A stretch of 52,354 nucleotides of DNA. Source: an uncultured bacterium. GTDB lineage: Bacteria; Cyanobacteriota; Cyanobacteriia; Phormidesmidales; Phormidesmidaceae. The DNA lies in assembly GCA_964452545.1 (NCBI GenBank), contig CAYVMR010000001.1, positions 1 through 52,354 of the forward strand, read 5' to 3'. Under the pieces are notes generated by a model. It was given only the letters and a program-made list of their open reading frames with translations. It had not been told where the DNA came from and ran no database searches. Positions 40,969 to 49,935 of the stretch are shown piece after piece. The stretch's first letter is position 1. Each line of letters begins with the position of its first letter. Made by a program: the position numbers and the translations under genes.

Positions 40969-41780
40969 GGCGCTTCCATCAAGGCCTGGGGCTGGCGAAA
41001 ATGATAGATATCCGTGAGGACCCGCACCCAGCCCTCCACCAGGGAAGTTAACAGGCGATCGCCCTTCGCCGCCGTTGCCACCGTAGGGTCCCCCAGCACT
41101 CCACTGGCGGAGAGGTCACCCGTCACCCAGGCAAAGGGCAACTTGCCCTCCATACTCAGGCAACTTTCCGCCGGTAGGGGAGGAGGAAACTCTGCCCGAG
41201 CCAGGTGCTGCCGCACCTGGTCCGGTAAAACAGCTAACATTAGGCTGGTTTCCGCATCCCCGGCATGGATGCCAAACTCCAACTCCTGCGGGGTTAGTAA
41301 CTCCCGGGCACAGTTAGGCGCCCGCCACAGGAATAGGGGAAACACCATCAAGTCTGGGTAACGTTGGTGCAGGTCCCGGGCGAGAATCTCCAACACCTGG
41401 GGCTGCCCCCCATGGCCGTTAACCAGGACAAACTTTCGAAAACCGGCCCGATAAATACTCTCCCCCACCTCCTGCAGCAGTCGCAGTAGGGTTTCCGCCG
41501 ATAGGCTAATGGTGCCGGGAAACTGACCGTGTTCATTGGATTTCCCGTAGTATAAGGGCGGCAAACTATAGGCCGGAATGGCCGGGTCTAGGGCAGCCAG
41601 AGCCCTGCCCACCACCGTTGTGCAAAGGACGCTATCCACCGCCAGGGGCAGGTGGGGGCCGTGCTGCTCAATGGCCCCCAGGGGCTGAATGATCACCCCC
41701 TGGTGCCGGTTTTCCATGGCGGCAATGTCCGTCCAGGTCAGGTAGGGGAAGTATCGTTGGGGGGGAATGGGACCGTGCAT
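40965..41780 (-). CDS. Creatininase family protein
   Basis: GAIEQHGPHLP, SNEH..FPGT, NGHGG and HAG..ETS motifs. Likely start is ATG 41780. Confidence 0.9.
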   Translation of the reverse strand: MHGPIPPQRYFPYLTWTDIAAMENRHQGVIIQPLGAIEQHGPHLPLAVDSVLCTTVVGRALAALDPAIPAYSLPPLYYGKSNEHGQFPGTISLSAETLLRLLQEVGESIYRAGFRKFVLVNGHGGQPQVLEILARDLHQRYPDLMVFPLFLWRAPNCARELLTPQELEFGIHAGDAETSLMLAVLPDQVRQHLARAEFPPPLPAESCLSMEGKLPFAWVTGDLSASGVLGDPTVATAAKGDRLLTSLVEGWVRVLTDIYHFRQPQALMEAP

Positions 41781-41881
41781 GGGATTTCTCCAGCCAGGAA
41801 TAGTTTCGATCGTAGCCGGTCTAGGGGCTAGGATCATGGGCATTTCCTGACCTAAAGATCTTGACGTTCAAAGGTTTTTCA

Positions 41882-41895
41882 GTAACACTGAATAC
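41882..41895 (+). promoter_or_regulatory. NtcA-binding site (GTA-N8-TAC) overlapping the putative -10 of the riboswitch promoter
   Basis: GTA-ACACTGAA-TAC. TTGACG (-35) at 41861-41866 lies 17 bp before AACACT at 41884-41889. Confidence 0.65.
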
Positions 41896-41904
41896 AGAAA
41901 ACAA

Positions 41905-41990
41905 ACGTTCATCTCTTCCCCAGCCCTGAATGTTTTAGTTCAGCGGGTCAGGGAGAGACGGAAGTAGGGAATCATCCTGAAGGAACGCGC
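41905..41990 (+). ncRNA. Glutamine riboswitch (glnA RNA motif, class I)
   Basis: Contains CGTTCATCTC...GAGACGGAAGTAGG...CCTGAAGGAACGCGC, with P1 CGTTC/GAACG, P2, GGAAGTA and P3 with an E-loop (GAA). This matches the cyanobacterial glnA motif. Confidence 0.92.
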
Positions 41991-42031
41991 CTCTGTACCA
42001 AACCCTTCGTTGTTAACAGGAGAGGCGAATT

Positions 42032-42202
42032 ATGTCCCTAAAATATCGTGGAGTCAACTACACTTCTGCCGTCAATCCAGTTGAGATTTCCGAGGAAGTG
42101 ATTGGTCGTTATCGCGGTGCTGTCGTCACCCGACATATTGGTAAAAACCTTCAATCCAACCGGCCTCAAGGTCTCAAGTACCGAGGTGCAAGGGTGCTCT
42201 AG
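42032..42202 (+). CDS. 56-aa DUF4278-like small protein with three YRG repeats, not in the ORF track
   Basis: MSLKYRGVNYTSAVNPVEISEEVIGRYRGAVVTRHIGKNLQSNRPQGLKYRGARVL*. AGGAGAGG RBS. Lies directly downstream of the glutamine riboswitch. Confidence 0.88.
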   Translation: MSLKYRGVNYTSAVNPVEISEEVIGRYRGAVVTRHIGKNLQSNRPQGLKYRGARVL

Positions 42203-42248
42203 TTTGCATCCGCCTGCGATCGCGTTGGTTGCTCAGCTAATCTGTCCC

Positions 42249-42275
42249 AAGCACCCCCTAGGGGGGTGCTTTTTT
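42249..42275 (+). terminator. Rho-independent terminator of the riboswitch-microprotein unit
   Basis: AAGCACCCCC-tag-GGGGGTGCTT followed by TTTT. Confidence 0.85.
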
Positions 42276-42336
42276 GCAGTAACCTGAAACAGAAGCATAG
42301 CCCGGGCAATCTGAATCATTATCTATTGTTATCGCT

Positions 42337-43650
42337 GTGGCCATAGTATGGTACTTGATGGGGTTAGTTACCGGCGCTGGGCTGCTGTTATGGCGACAGC
42401 GACGTCGGGAAAAGCGTATTCTCAACCTGATCAAGGCTCCTTCCTGGTCAACTGCCCTCACCCGTTTACAAGCCTTGCTGGCGGATCAGCCGGAACAGCA
42501 GCAAGAACTGCAGTTCCTGGGCAACCGTCGTGACACCCTGGAGTATATTCTGCAGGCGGCGCCGGTGGGGTATCTGCAGGTGGATGATGAAAATCGCCTG
42601 ATCTGGTGCAATAACGAAGCCAACCGCCTGCTGCGCATGAATCAGCCCTTAACAGGCTCGGTGCAGCGACGGCGGTTACTGCTGGAGGTGGCTCGCTCCT
42701 ACGAATTGGATGCCCTGATCGATGAAGCCAGGCAGCGGCAGGTCCCCTGTCAGCGAGAATGGATGCTGTACCAAATTTCCCCCGATCCCATTCACCCCAG
42801 GGAGGAGCCCACCTATCCGCTGCGGGGTTACGCCATTCCCCTGCATCGCAGTGAGGTGGGGGTGTTCTTAGAAAATCGCCAGGAGGCGGCTCTTTTGGTG
42901 CAGCAGCGCGATCGCTGGACCTCTGACGTAGCCCACGAGCTAAAAACCCCCCTGACCTCCATTCGTCTGGTGGCTGAAACACTACAGTCGCGGGTTGAAC
43001 CGGAGACCAGGGTTTGGCTTAATCGCCTGGTCAACGAAACCATTCGCCTCAGCCACCTGGTGGAGGACCTACTGAACCTCAGTCGGTTACAGGCCAATCC
43101 TGCCCAGGGGTTGGCGCGGCAACCCATAGATTTACCCCCCCTGATCCGCTCCGCCTGGCAAAGCCTGGAGCCCCTAGCCCAGGTAAAGCAGCTCAGTCTT
43201 CACTATCAAGGCCCTGAGCACTACTGGGCGAATTTGGATGAGCCCCTGTTTCTGCGGGTAGTGCTTAATTTGATCGATAATGCTATTAAGCACAGTCCCG
43301 CCCAAGCCCAGGTTTACGTACAGGTCTCCGCGCCGGCTGAGGCCCTTGAGCCCGGTGGCTTTGTCCTGGAGGTGATGGATCAGGGCTCGGGCTTCAACCC
43401 CAAGGATTTGCCCTACATTTTTGACCGATTCTATCGGGCTGACCCCTCCCGTAGTCGTAGTCAGCTAGCCGTCGAGGCCGATATACCCAGTACCAGCAGC
43501 CGTGGCAGCGGGCTGGGCTTGGCGATCGTCAGCCAAATTGTCGCGGCCCATGGTGGCACCATTACGGCGGCCAACCATCCTGACCTGGGGGGGGGCTGGC
43601 TATCGCTGGAAATACCGGCCGTTTCAGAGCCGGTGGACGAGGTAGGCTAG
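42337..43650 (+). CDS. Sensor histidine kinase with a PAS-like domain (SphS/PhoR-like)
   Basis: N-terminal TM, APVGYLQVDDENRLIWCN, H-box DVAHELKTPLTSI, NLIDNAIK, DQGSG, FDRFYRAD and GSGLGL. Confidence 0.88.
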   Translation: MAIVWYLMGLVTGAGLLLWRQRRREKRILNLIKAPSWSTALTRLQALLADQPEQQQELQFLGNRRDTLEYILQAAPVGYLQVDDENRLIWCNNEANRLLRMNQPLTGSVQRRRLLLEVARSYELDALIDEARQRQVPCQREWMLYQISPDPIHPREEPTYPLRGYAIPLHRSEVGVFLENRQEAALLVQQRDRWTSDVAHELKTPLTSIRLVAETLQSRVEPETRVWLNRLVNETIRLSHLVEDLLNLSRLQANPAQGLARQPIDLPPLIRSAWQSLEPLAQVKQLSLHYQGPEHYWANLDEPLFLRVVLNLIDNAIKHSPAQAQVYVQVSAPAEALEPGGFVLEVMDQGSGFNPKDLPYIFDRFYRADPSRSRSQLAVEADIPSTSSRGSGLGLAIVSQIVAAHGGTITAANHPDLGGGWLSLEIPAVSEPVDEVG

Positions 43651-43698
43651 CGGCCTAGCTATAATTAGTAACGATGAAATAGTGTCGAGCCTTAGCCA

Positions 43699-44451
43699 AT
43701 GGTGTCCGATTCGCCCCCAGAGCGCCTGCAAAAACTGATCGCCCAGCACGGCGTCGCCTCTCGTCGGGAAGCGGAGGCTTGGATTAAGCAGGGACGGGTT
43801 ACGGTTAATGGCCAACCGGCCCATCTAGGACAACGGGCTGATCTGCGGCACGATCAGGTGGCGATCGATGATCGTCCCCTGCGGCCAGAACAGCGACCCA
43901 AAAGCCACTACCTTGTGCTCCATAAACCCCTAGGAATGGTCTCTACCTGCCACGATCCCGAAGGCAGGCCCACCATCCTAGAGGTCCTCCCCGATCACCT
44001 TCAAGATCTGGGCCTACACCCCGTGGGTCGGCTGGATGCCTACTCTACCGGTGCCCTGTTAATTACCAACGATGGCGACTTTACCTACCGCCTTACCCAC
44101 CCTAAGCACGACATCGCCAAGGTTTATCGAGTCAGGTTGGAGGGGAGTCCTTCGCCCCAAGCCCTAGCCGCCTGGCAGCGGGGCATTGACTTAAATGGGC
44201 GGTTAACTCGACCGGCCCAGGTCAAGCGAATCGGTCAACCCGATGCCTACACTAGCGTTTTGGAGATTACCCTATGGGAGGGGCGTAATCGTCAAATTCG
44301 TCGGATGGCCGCCGCCTTCGGTTACCGGGTGATCAGCTTACATCGGTTGGCGGTGGGGGCAGTCTGGTTGGGTAAGCTAAGCTGTGGGGAGTACCGCCCC
44401 CTCACCAAGGTGGAAATTGGGGCCCTATTGGACCCCCGTTCCAGCGCCTAA
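43699..44451 (+). CDS. rRNA pseudouridine synthase (RsuA/RluB family)
   Basis: S4 domain ERLQK...SRREAE, PVGRLD and EGRNRQIRRM motifs. Confidence 0.93.
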   Translation: MVSDSPPERLQKLIAQHGVASRREAEAWIKQGRVTVNGQPAHLGQRADLRHDQVAIDDRPLRPEQRPKSHYLVLHKPLGMVSTCHDPEGRPTILEVLPDHLQDLGLHPVGRLDAYSTGALLITNDGDFTYRLTHPKHDIAKVYRVRLEGSPSPQALAAWQRGIDLNGRLTRPAQVKRIGQPDAYTSVLEITLWEGRNRQIRRMAAAFGYRVISLHRLAVGAVWLGKLSCGEYRPLTKVEIGALLDPRSSA

Positions 44452-44627
44452 TTCATCGACAGGGCAAGAAGGATTCGGCTGATTTTACGGATTGACTTTC
44501 ATGGTTAGTCTGCATGATGGTATCCTGTTCATAAATTTTAACAAGATCACCATAGAAGCCCGTTAGGTTTAGATCGCCTGTCTGCGGTTTTGTGTTCTCC
44601 TGTACTGTTCCAGTCTATACGTCCTGT

Positions 44628-45422
44628 ATGAAGACAACCCTATTGGTGAATCCAAGTGCTTGGTATCAAGATCAGCTGGTAGAGATTGGCCATCTGCTCC
44701 AAACTACCCGGGAAATCCAAGGACATAGCCTGGAGGAAATGGCGGCTAAAACCCTGATTCGAGCCAGTCTGTTAGCGGCTATAGAGCAGGGAGATTGTCC
44801 TAGTTTGCCGGAACCGGTTTACTTGCGAGGCCTGATTCGCCGGTATGCTGAGGCGATGGACCTGGATGGACAGATGTTAGCTAGCCAGTTGCTCACCCCT
44901 CCAGAACCTCAGCCAAACCAGTGGCAAGACTCTCCCGCCGCCCAGCTGCGTCCCCTCCATCTCTATGTCACCTATGTTGTTCTCTTAGTTGCCGCCATCA
45001 GCGGTCTGTCCTATCTGCTACGACGTAATGCCCCAGAGCTGTTGGTGTTACCCTCCCTGGATCCTCTCAGTCAAAGCCAGGTGGAGAGACCTGTTAATCA
45101 GCCCGCCGTTGCTAGCGCAGATCAATCAGCCCCCACCCGCCCGCCGGCCTCCCCTATTGAGGTGGAAATGACCCTCACCTCTGCCTCCTGGTTACGGGTC
45201 GTCACCGACGGCACCACCGAGTTTGAGGGCATCTTACAGCCCGGTGACACTCGCCTTTGGCAGGCTAAGCAAGCGTTGACCATTCGAGCCGGCAATGCCG
45301 GTGGAGTGATGGTGAGTTATAACAATAACCCCGTAGCTCCCCTGGGCAAGCCCGGTATGGTTCAGGAAGTCACCTATTCTCCCAACCCGTCCAATAATGA
45401 TGTGGTTAGCCTGGCCTACTAG
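44628..45422 (+). CDS. rodZ: RodZ-like protein (HTH, TM, DUF4115)
   Basis: HTH (L.AIE.G....LPEPVY.RG.IRRYA), a single TM and a C-terminal SWLRV..DG...RAGNAGGV domain. Confidence 0.82.
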   Translation: MKTTLLVNPSAWYQDQLVEIGHLLQTTREIQGHSLEEMAAKTLIRASLLAAIEQGDCPSLPEPVYLRGLIRRYAEAMDLDGQMLASQLLTPPEPQPNQWQDSPAAQLRPLHLYVTYVVLLVAAISGLSYLLRRNAPELLVLPSLDPLSQSQVERPVNQPAVASADQSAPTRPPASPIEVEMTLTSASWLRVVTDGTTEFEGILQPGDTRLWQAKQALTIRAGNAGGVMVSYNNNPVAPLGKPGMVQEVTYSPNPSNNDVVSLAY

Positions 45423-46468
45423 GCTAATCCCACCACAGCCCCACTGCCCTCGATCACTTCACCGATCGCATAGGCGGCCAACCCCTGTGATTGAAACCAG
45501 CTAATCCCCTGGGACAGTTGGTCGGGGGGCAACACCACGGCGAAGCCGATGCCCATGTTAAAGGTATTAAACATCTCCGCTGGCGATACCCGACCGGCCT
45601 GGGCCAGCCACTCAAACAGGACAGGCACTGGCCAGCTGGAGGGGTTGATTCGCATACTTTGACCCTCCGCCAAACAGCGGGGCAGATTTTCTGGCAGGCC
45701 ACCACCGGTAATATGGGCCATGCCATGGATGGTGAGCCCCGTGGCCCGGGCCTGCAGGATGGGCTGAACATAGAGACGGGTGGGGCTGAGAAAAACCTCC
45801 CCGAGGGGCGCTGGTCCCAAGGTAGGGACGATCTCAGTCCAACCATAGCCCCGGTCTGTCCGGTCCAGGCGCTCCCCCTGGTCAATAATGCGGCGCACCA
45901 GGCTCAGGCCGTTGCTGTGGACGCCACTACTGGCCAGCCCCACCACCTGATCGCCCAGGCGCACCTGGCGGCCATCCAGGACCTCGGACCGTTCTACCAC
46001 GCCGACGCAGAACCCCGCCAGATCGTACTCTCCAGGCGAGTAGAAGCCCGGCATCTCAGCGGTTTCTCCCCCCAGTAGGGCACAGCCTGCCTGACGGCAG
46101 CCGGTAGCGATGCCCTCCACCACCTGGGTGAGGATGTCGGGGTCTAGCTTGCCGGTGGCCAAATAGTCGAGGAAAAATAAGGGCTCCGCCCCACTGGTTA
46201 AGATGTCGTTGGCACACATGGCCACCAAATCAATCCCAATGGTCCGGTGTTGATGGGTGGCCTGGGCAATCTTCAGCTTTGTGCCGACCCCATCGGTGCC
46301 GGACACCAGGATGGGTTCACGATAGCCCCTGGGGATTTGGCAAAGCCCACTAAACCCCCCCAAGCCTCCTAAAACCTCGGTACGACGGGTGCTATCCACC
46401 AGCGATCGGATGCGTTGCACAAAGTCTCGCCCAGCCGCCACATCGACGCCAGCCTCACGATAATCCAT
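45419..46468 (-). CDS. purM: Phosphoribosylformylglycinamidine cyclo-ligase
   Basis: [33 protein letters not shown] and FNMGIG motifs. Confidence 0.97.
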   Translation of the reverse strand: MDYREAGVDVAAGRDFVQRIRSLVDSTRRTEVLGGLGGFSGLCQIPRGYREPILVSGTDGVGTKLKIAQATHQHRTIGIDLVAMCANDILTSGAEPLFFLDYLATGKLDPDILTQVVEGIATGCRQAGCALLGGETAEMPGFYSPGEYDLAGFCVGVVERSEVLDGRQVRLGDQVVGLASSGVHSNGLSLVRRIIDQGERLDRTDRGYGWTEIVPTLGPAPLGEVFLSPTRLYVQPILQARATGLTIHGMAHITGGGLPENLPRCLAEGQSMRINPSSWPVPVLFEWLAQAGRVSPAEMFNTFNMGIGFAVVLPPDQLSQGISWFQSQGLAAYAIGEVIEGSGAVVGLA

Positions 46469-47071
46469 GGCAAGGGTACTCCATCGGGGGGTAAAGCAAC
46501 GCGGCCTCCGTCAGCGATCGCAGCCCCAGCCGGCCAGCGGGGCTGCCAGGGGAGGGGGCGTGGGAAACCACCGTCAATTATTCTCCCATCCTTTAGGGGA
46601 GGAATGGACCTGGGGCGATCGCTCAACCAGGGGGCGATCGCCCCGAAACCCGGCCAACTTCTCCCTACCGTTTGGATCCAGATTGCCGTCTCTGACCCCT
46701 GTAGCCAGACCAAGGGCCCACCACCTAAGTAAATTCACCTATGAGTTTTTCCGCGAATTAGAGCAAAAACCCATAAGAAAGTCAAAAGTAAAACCACCCT
46801 GACTAGGGCCCTCGGAGCGTAAGCTCTGCAACAGGTTGGTGGTTTTCACAGACCACACCCGACACCTTATTCTCCAGGCAAGAATTAATGATCAGCCAGA
46901 ACTACGGATTTTCAAGCCTGGAGGTTCATGATAAGTTACCTAACCATAAACAGTTAAGAGTAAACCTTTGTAACGAGAACAGACCACAAGGTTGTCCCTA
47001 GCAACCTGCTCAGTCGCCCTTAAGGCTATGGAGTTGAGTCGTTCTCTTCCTGTTGATCTCTTCTGGTGTGT

Positions 47072-48067
47072 ATGAAATATTCTGTTTTGGGCGGGTTAAC
47101 GGTTGCCGTTGCCCTGTCCATGGTTGGAGCACAGGTCCCAGTCCAGGCTCAAGATTCTGAGGAGGTTCCCCTTACCCAAACCCTGCCGGCCCACGCCACC
47201 CCCCGACCCGAGTCGGATCCGGTGGCCAACGGGGCTACCCCACCTGGGGAACCAGAGTCGGCCCTAGCCATGAAGCCCTCTGCAGCGACTAAGCCTGCTG
47301 AGTCCAGCTCTGACCGGGGGGTAACGGTTCTTCCCCATCCCCTTGACAGTCGCGAAGCAGCCACCGTCTATATCCGATCCATCCCGGTGGTCACCCTGGT
47401 GGGTAACGAACTGGCTAGCCTGGCCGGGCAAAAGTCTAACCCTAGTGCATCCCTAGCCACCGATCCCGTGGTGCGAGCTCAGCACCTGGTGAGTCGTCTG
47501 GAAAATCTGGCAGGGGTCGCTGATCCTGCAGAGATTTCAGCCCGTTGGGACGAAAGCCGAGAGGCTTACCTGGTGAGCTGGGGAGAGGAAGACTTAATTA
47601 CCATCAACGACCAGGCCATCCTGCCGGATACCACCCGCAATCTCTCGGAGGATGCCCTGCAGGTGGCCAACCGTCTCCGTCGTCTCCTGGGTAACGCCCC
47701 CGCCCTGGCCAGGGTGGAGGGCCTGCCAGAGCCCTCCCCAACGCCTACCGTTCAGACGGCGGTGGTGCTCTCCACCTTGACCGGCATGGCCTCCTGGTAT
47801 GGTCCTGGATTCCATGGTCGCCGCAGCGCCAGTGGGGAGGTCTTTAATCAAAATGCTCTGACCGCAGCTCATCGCACCCTGCCCTTTGGCACCCGGGTAC
47901 GGGTTACCAATAGGCGTACGGGGCAACAGGTGGTGGTACGGATTAACGATCGCGGCCCCTTTAGCCGTGGCCGGATCATTGATTTGTCCGCCGCCGCCGC
48001 TCACCAAATTGGCCTTAGATCGGCCGGGGTCGGCCAGGTCGAGGTGGAGGTGTTGGCCAATCAATAG
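47072..48067 (+). CDS. rlpA: Septal ring lytic transglycosylase RlpA family protein
   Basis: Signal peptide and a C-terminal DPBB domain (GMASWYG, TAAHRTLPFGT, VRINDRGP, IIDLS). Confidence 0.92.
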   Translation: MKYSVLGGLTVAVALSMVGAQVPVQAQDSEEVPLTQTLPAHATPRPESDPVANGATPPGEPESALAMKPSAATKPAESSSDRGVTVLPHPLDSREAATVYIRSIPVVTLVGNELASLAGQKSNPSASLATDPVVRAQHLVSRLENLAGVADPAEISARWDESREAYLVSWGEEDLITINDQAILPDTTRNLSEDALQVANRLRRLLGNAPALARVEGLPEPSPTPTVQTAVVLSTLTGMASWYGPGFHGRRSASGEVFNQNALTAAHRTLPFGTRVRVTNRRTGQQVVVRINDRGPFSRGRIIDLSAAAAHQIGLRSAGVGQVEVEVLANQ

Positions 48068-48338
48068 ATCCAGGGAGAAAGGGCCACGGTACCCCAGCCT
48101 GAATCCCACCCTATTTCCTCTCAAGATCCCCCACCTTTCCCAGCCATGGCCGGGAAAGGTTTTTTGTTGGCATGAACCGGAAAGACTTGGCGGAGTAAAG
48201 GGCACCATGCTAGCGGCAGGGAACTAGAGAGAACTCAACGGTGGTGCTCTAAGACTACCCAGATAGGACCACGCCTTGGCGCTAGAGTGGCCAGATGGTA
48301 ATCTGGCACAGGCGAGTTGGAACGGCGGAGGGCAACAG

Positions 48339-49919
48339 GTGGTACGGGTACTTCAGACTGTGGCGGGCCTCACCTGCTATCTCAACCAGTGCCGCCAGTT
48401 GCCCCTGAATGGCTGGGCGGAACCCTTGACGGTGGGGCTGGTGCCCACCATGGGGAACCTCCACCAAGGCCACCGCAGCCTGATCGATCGAGCTCGTCAG
48501 GACAACGATCTGGTGGTAGTGAGTGTTTTCGTCAACCCCACCCAGTTTGCCCCAGGGGAGGATCTGGCCACCTACCCCCGCACCCCAGAGGCTGACCTGG
48601 CGGTCTGTGACCAGGCCGGGGTGGATGTGGTGTTTATGCCCAGCGTGGTCCAGCTCTACGGTACCGCCCTGGCTGAGGTTGAGGCGATCACCCGGGTGAT
48701 GCCACCCGCGGCCATGCTGATGGTGCTGTGCGGTCCCCATCGCCCCGGGCATTTTCAGGGAGTGGCGACGGTGGTCACCAAGTTGATCACCCTGGTGCGC
48801 CCCGATCGCACCTACCTGGGCCGCAAGGATGCTCAGCAGGTGGCGATTTTGAAGCAGGTAGCCCGGGACCTCAACCTCCCCGGTCAGCTGGTGGATTGCC
48901 CCACCATTCGGGAGACCAGTGGTCTGGCCCTGAGTTCCCGGAACCACTACTTAAGTGAGGTGGAGCGGCAGCAGGCGACGGTGATCTATCGAGGGTTAGA
49001 GCGGGCCCACAGCCAGTTTCAGGCCGGCGAACGGCAAGCCGTCGCCCTGATCACCGCCGTGCGGGAGGAATTGACCACGGTGCCGGCGATCGCCCCCCAA
49101 TATATAGAACTGGTTCACCCCCATAGCCTGGCCCCCCTCACCCAGGTGGACACCATGGGTTTACTGGCGGTGGCGGCCCACCTGGGCCCCACCCGCCTGA
49201 TTGACAACCTCCTACTGCGGCAGCGCCAACCGATTGTGGCCATCGATGGCCCCGCCGGTGCGGGTAAATCCACCGTCGCTCGGCAGGTGGCCCAACGGCT
49301 AGGGCTGCTCTACCTCGACAGTGGCGCCATGTATCGGGCGATCGCCTGGCGGGTGCTAGACCAGGGCATCGACCCCCAGGATGCGGTGGCGGTGGCGGAG
49401 CTGATCCCCACTTGCCAGATCCGCCTGGCCCCCACCGGCGATGACCCAGCCTGGGCCGCCTACCCCAGCCGCCTCTGGCTCAACGGCGAGGAGGTGACCG
49501 CCCTGATTCGCCAGCCCGGCGTCACCGCCCTGGTCTCCACCATTGCCGCCCAGCCAGCGGTGCGCCAGGCCCTGCTGCTGCAGCAACAGGACTACGGTAT
49601 CCAGGGGGGAGTGGTGATGGAGGGGCGGGACATTGGCACCCAGGTGTTTCCCCAGGCGGAGTTGAAGATTTTCTTGACGGCCTCGGTGGCGGAGCGGGCC
49701 CGGCGACGGCAGCGGGATCTGCAGGCCCAGGGCCAACCGTCGGAGACCCTGGAGGCGCTGGAGCAGGCCATTGCCGATCGCGATCGCAAGGACAGCAGCC
49801 GCCAGGTAGCCCCCCTCAAACAGGCCCCGGATGCCCTGGAGCTCAACACCGATGGCCTCTCCATTGCCGCCGTGGTAGACCAGATTGTGGCCTGGTTTCA
49901 AGCTAGAGTGGAGAGGTAG
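48339..49919 (+). CDS. panC: Bifunctional pantoate--beta-alanine ligase / cytidylate kinase (PanC/Cmk)
   Basis: VPTMGNLHQGH, RPGHFQGV, SSRN and RLIDN, followed by AIDGPAGAGKST and EGRDIGT. GTG 48339 follows GGAGG. Confidence 0.95.
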   Translation: MVRVLQTVAGLTCYLNQCRQLPLNGWAEPLTVGLVPTMGNLHQGHRSLIDRARQDNDLVVVSVFVNPTQFAPGEDLATYPRTPEADLAVCDQAGVDVVFMPSVVQLYGTALAEVEAITRVMPPAAMLMVLCGPHRPGHFQGVATVVTKLITLVRPDRTYLGRKDAQQVAILKQVARDLNLPGQLVDCPTIRETSGLALSSRNHYLSEVERQQATVIYRGLERAHSQFQAGERQAVALITAVREELTTVPAIAPQYIELVHPHSLAPLTQVDTMGLLAVAAHLGPTRLIDNLLLRQRQPIVAIDGPAGAGKSTVARQVAQRLGLLYLDSGAMYRAIAWRVLDQGIDPQDAVAVAELIPTCQIRLAPTGDDPAWAAYPSRLWLNGEEVTALIRQPGVTALVSTIAAQPAVRQALLLQQQDYGIQGGVVMEGRDIGTQVFPQAELKIFLTASVAERARRRQRDLQAQGQPSETLEALEQAIADRDRKDSSRQVAPLKQAPDALELNTDGLSIAAVVDQIVAWFQARVER

Positions 49920-49935
49920 CCCCCTGTCCCTAACC

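Noticed and set aside
46467..46802. Overlapping 105-114 aa ORFs in the purM-rlpA gap
   Set aside because: Low-complexity Pro/Arg/Gly translations in several frames over a GC- and HIP1-rich stretch. No family signal.
29671..46908. TACGGA/TCCGTA hexamer in four intergenic regions (29671, 39731, 44486, 46903)
   Set aside because: A 6-mer at this count is near chance for the amount of intergenic DNA, and there is no consistent second half-site.
48339..49919. PanC-Cmk fusion as a novelty
   Set aside because: A well-known standard fusion in cyanobacteria.
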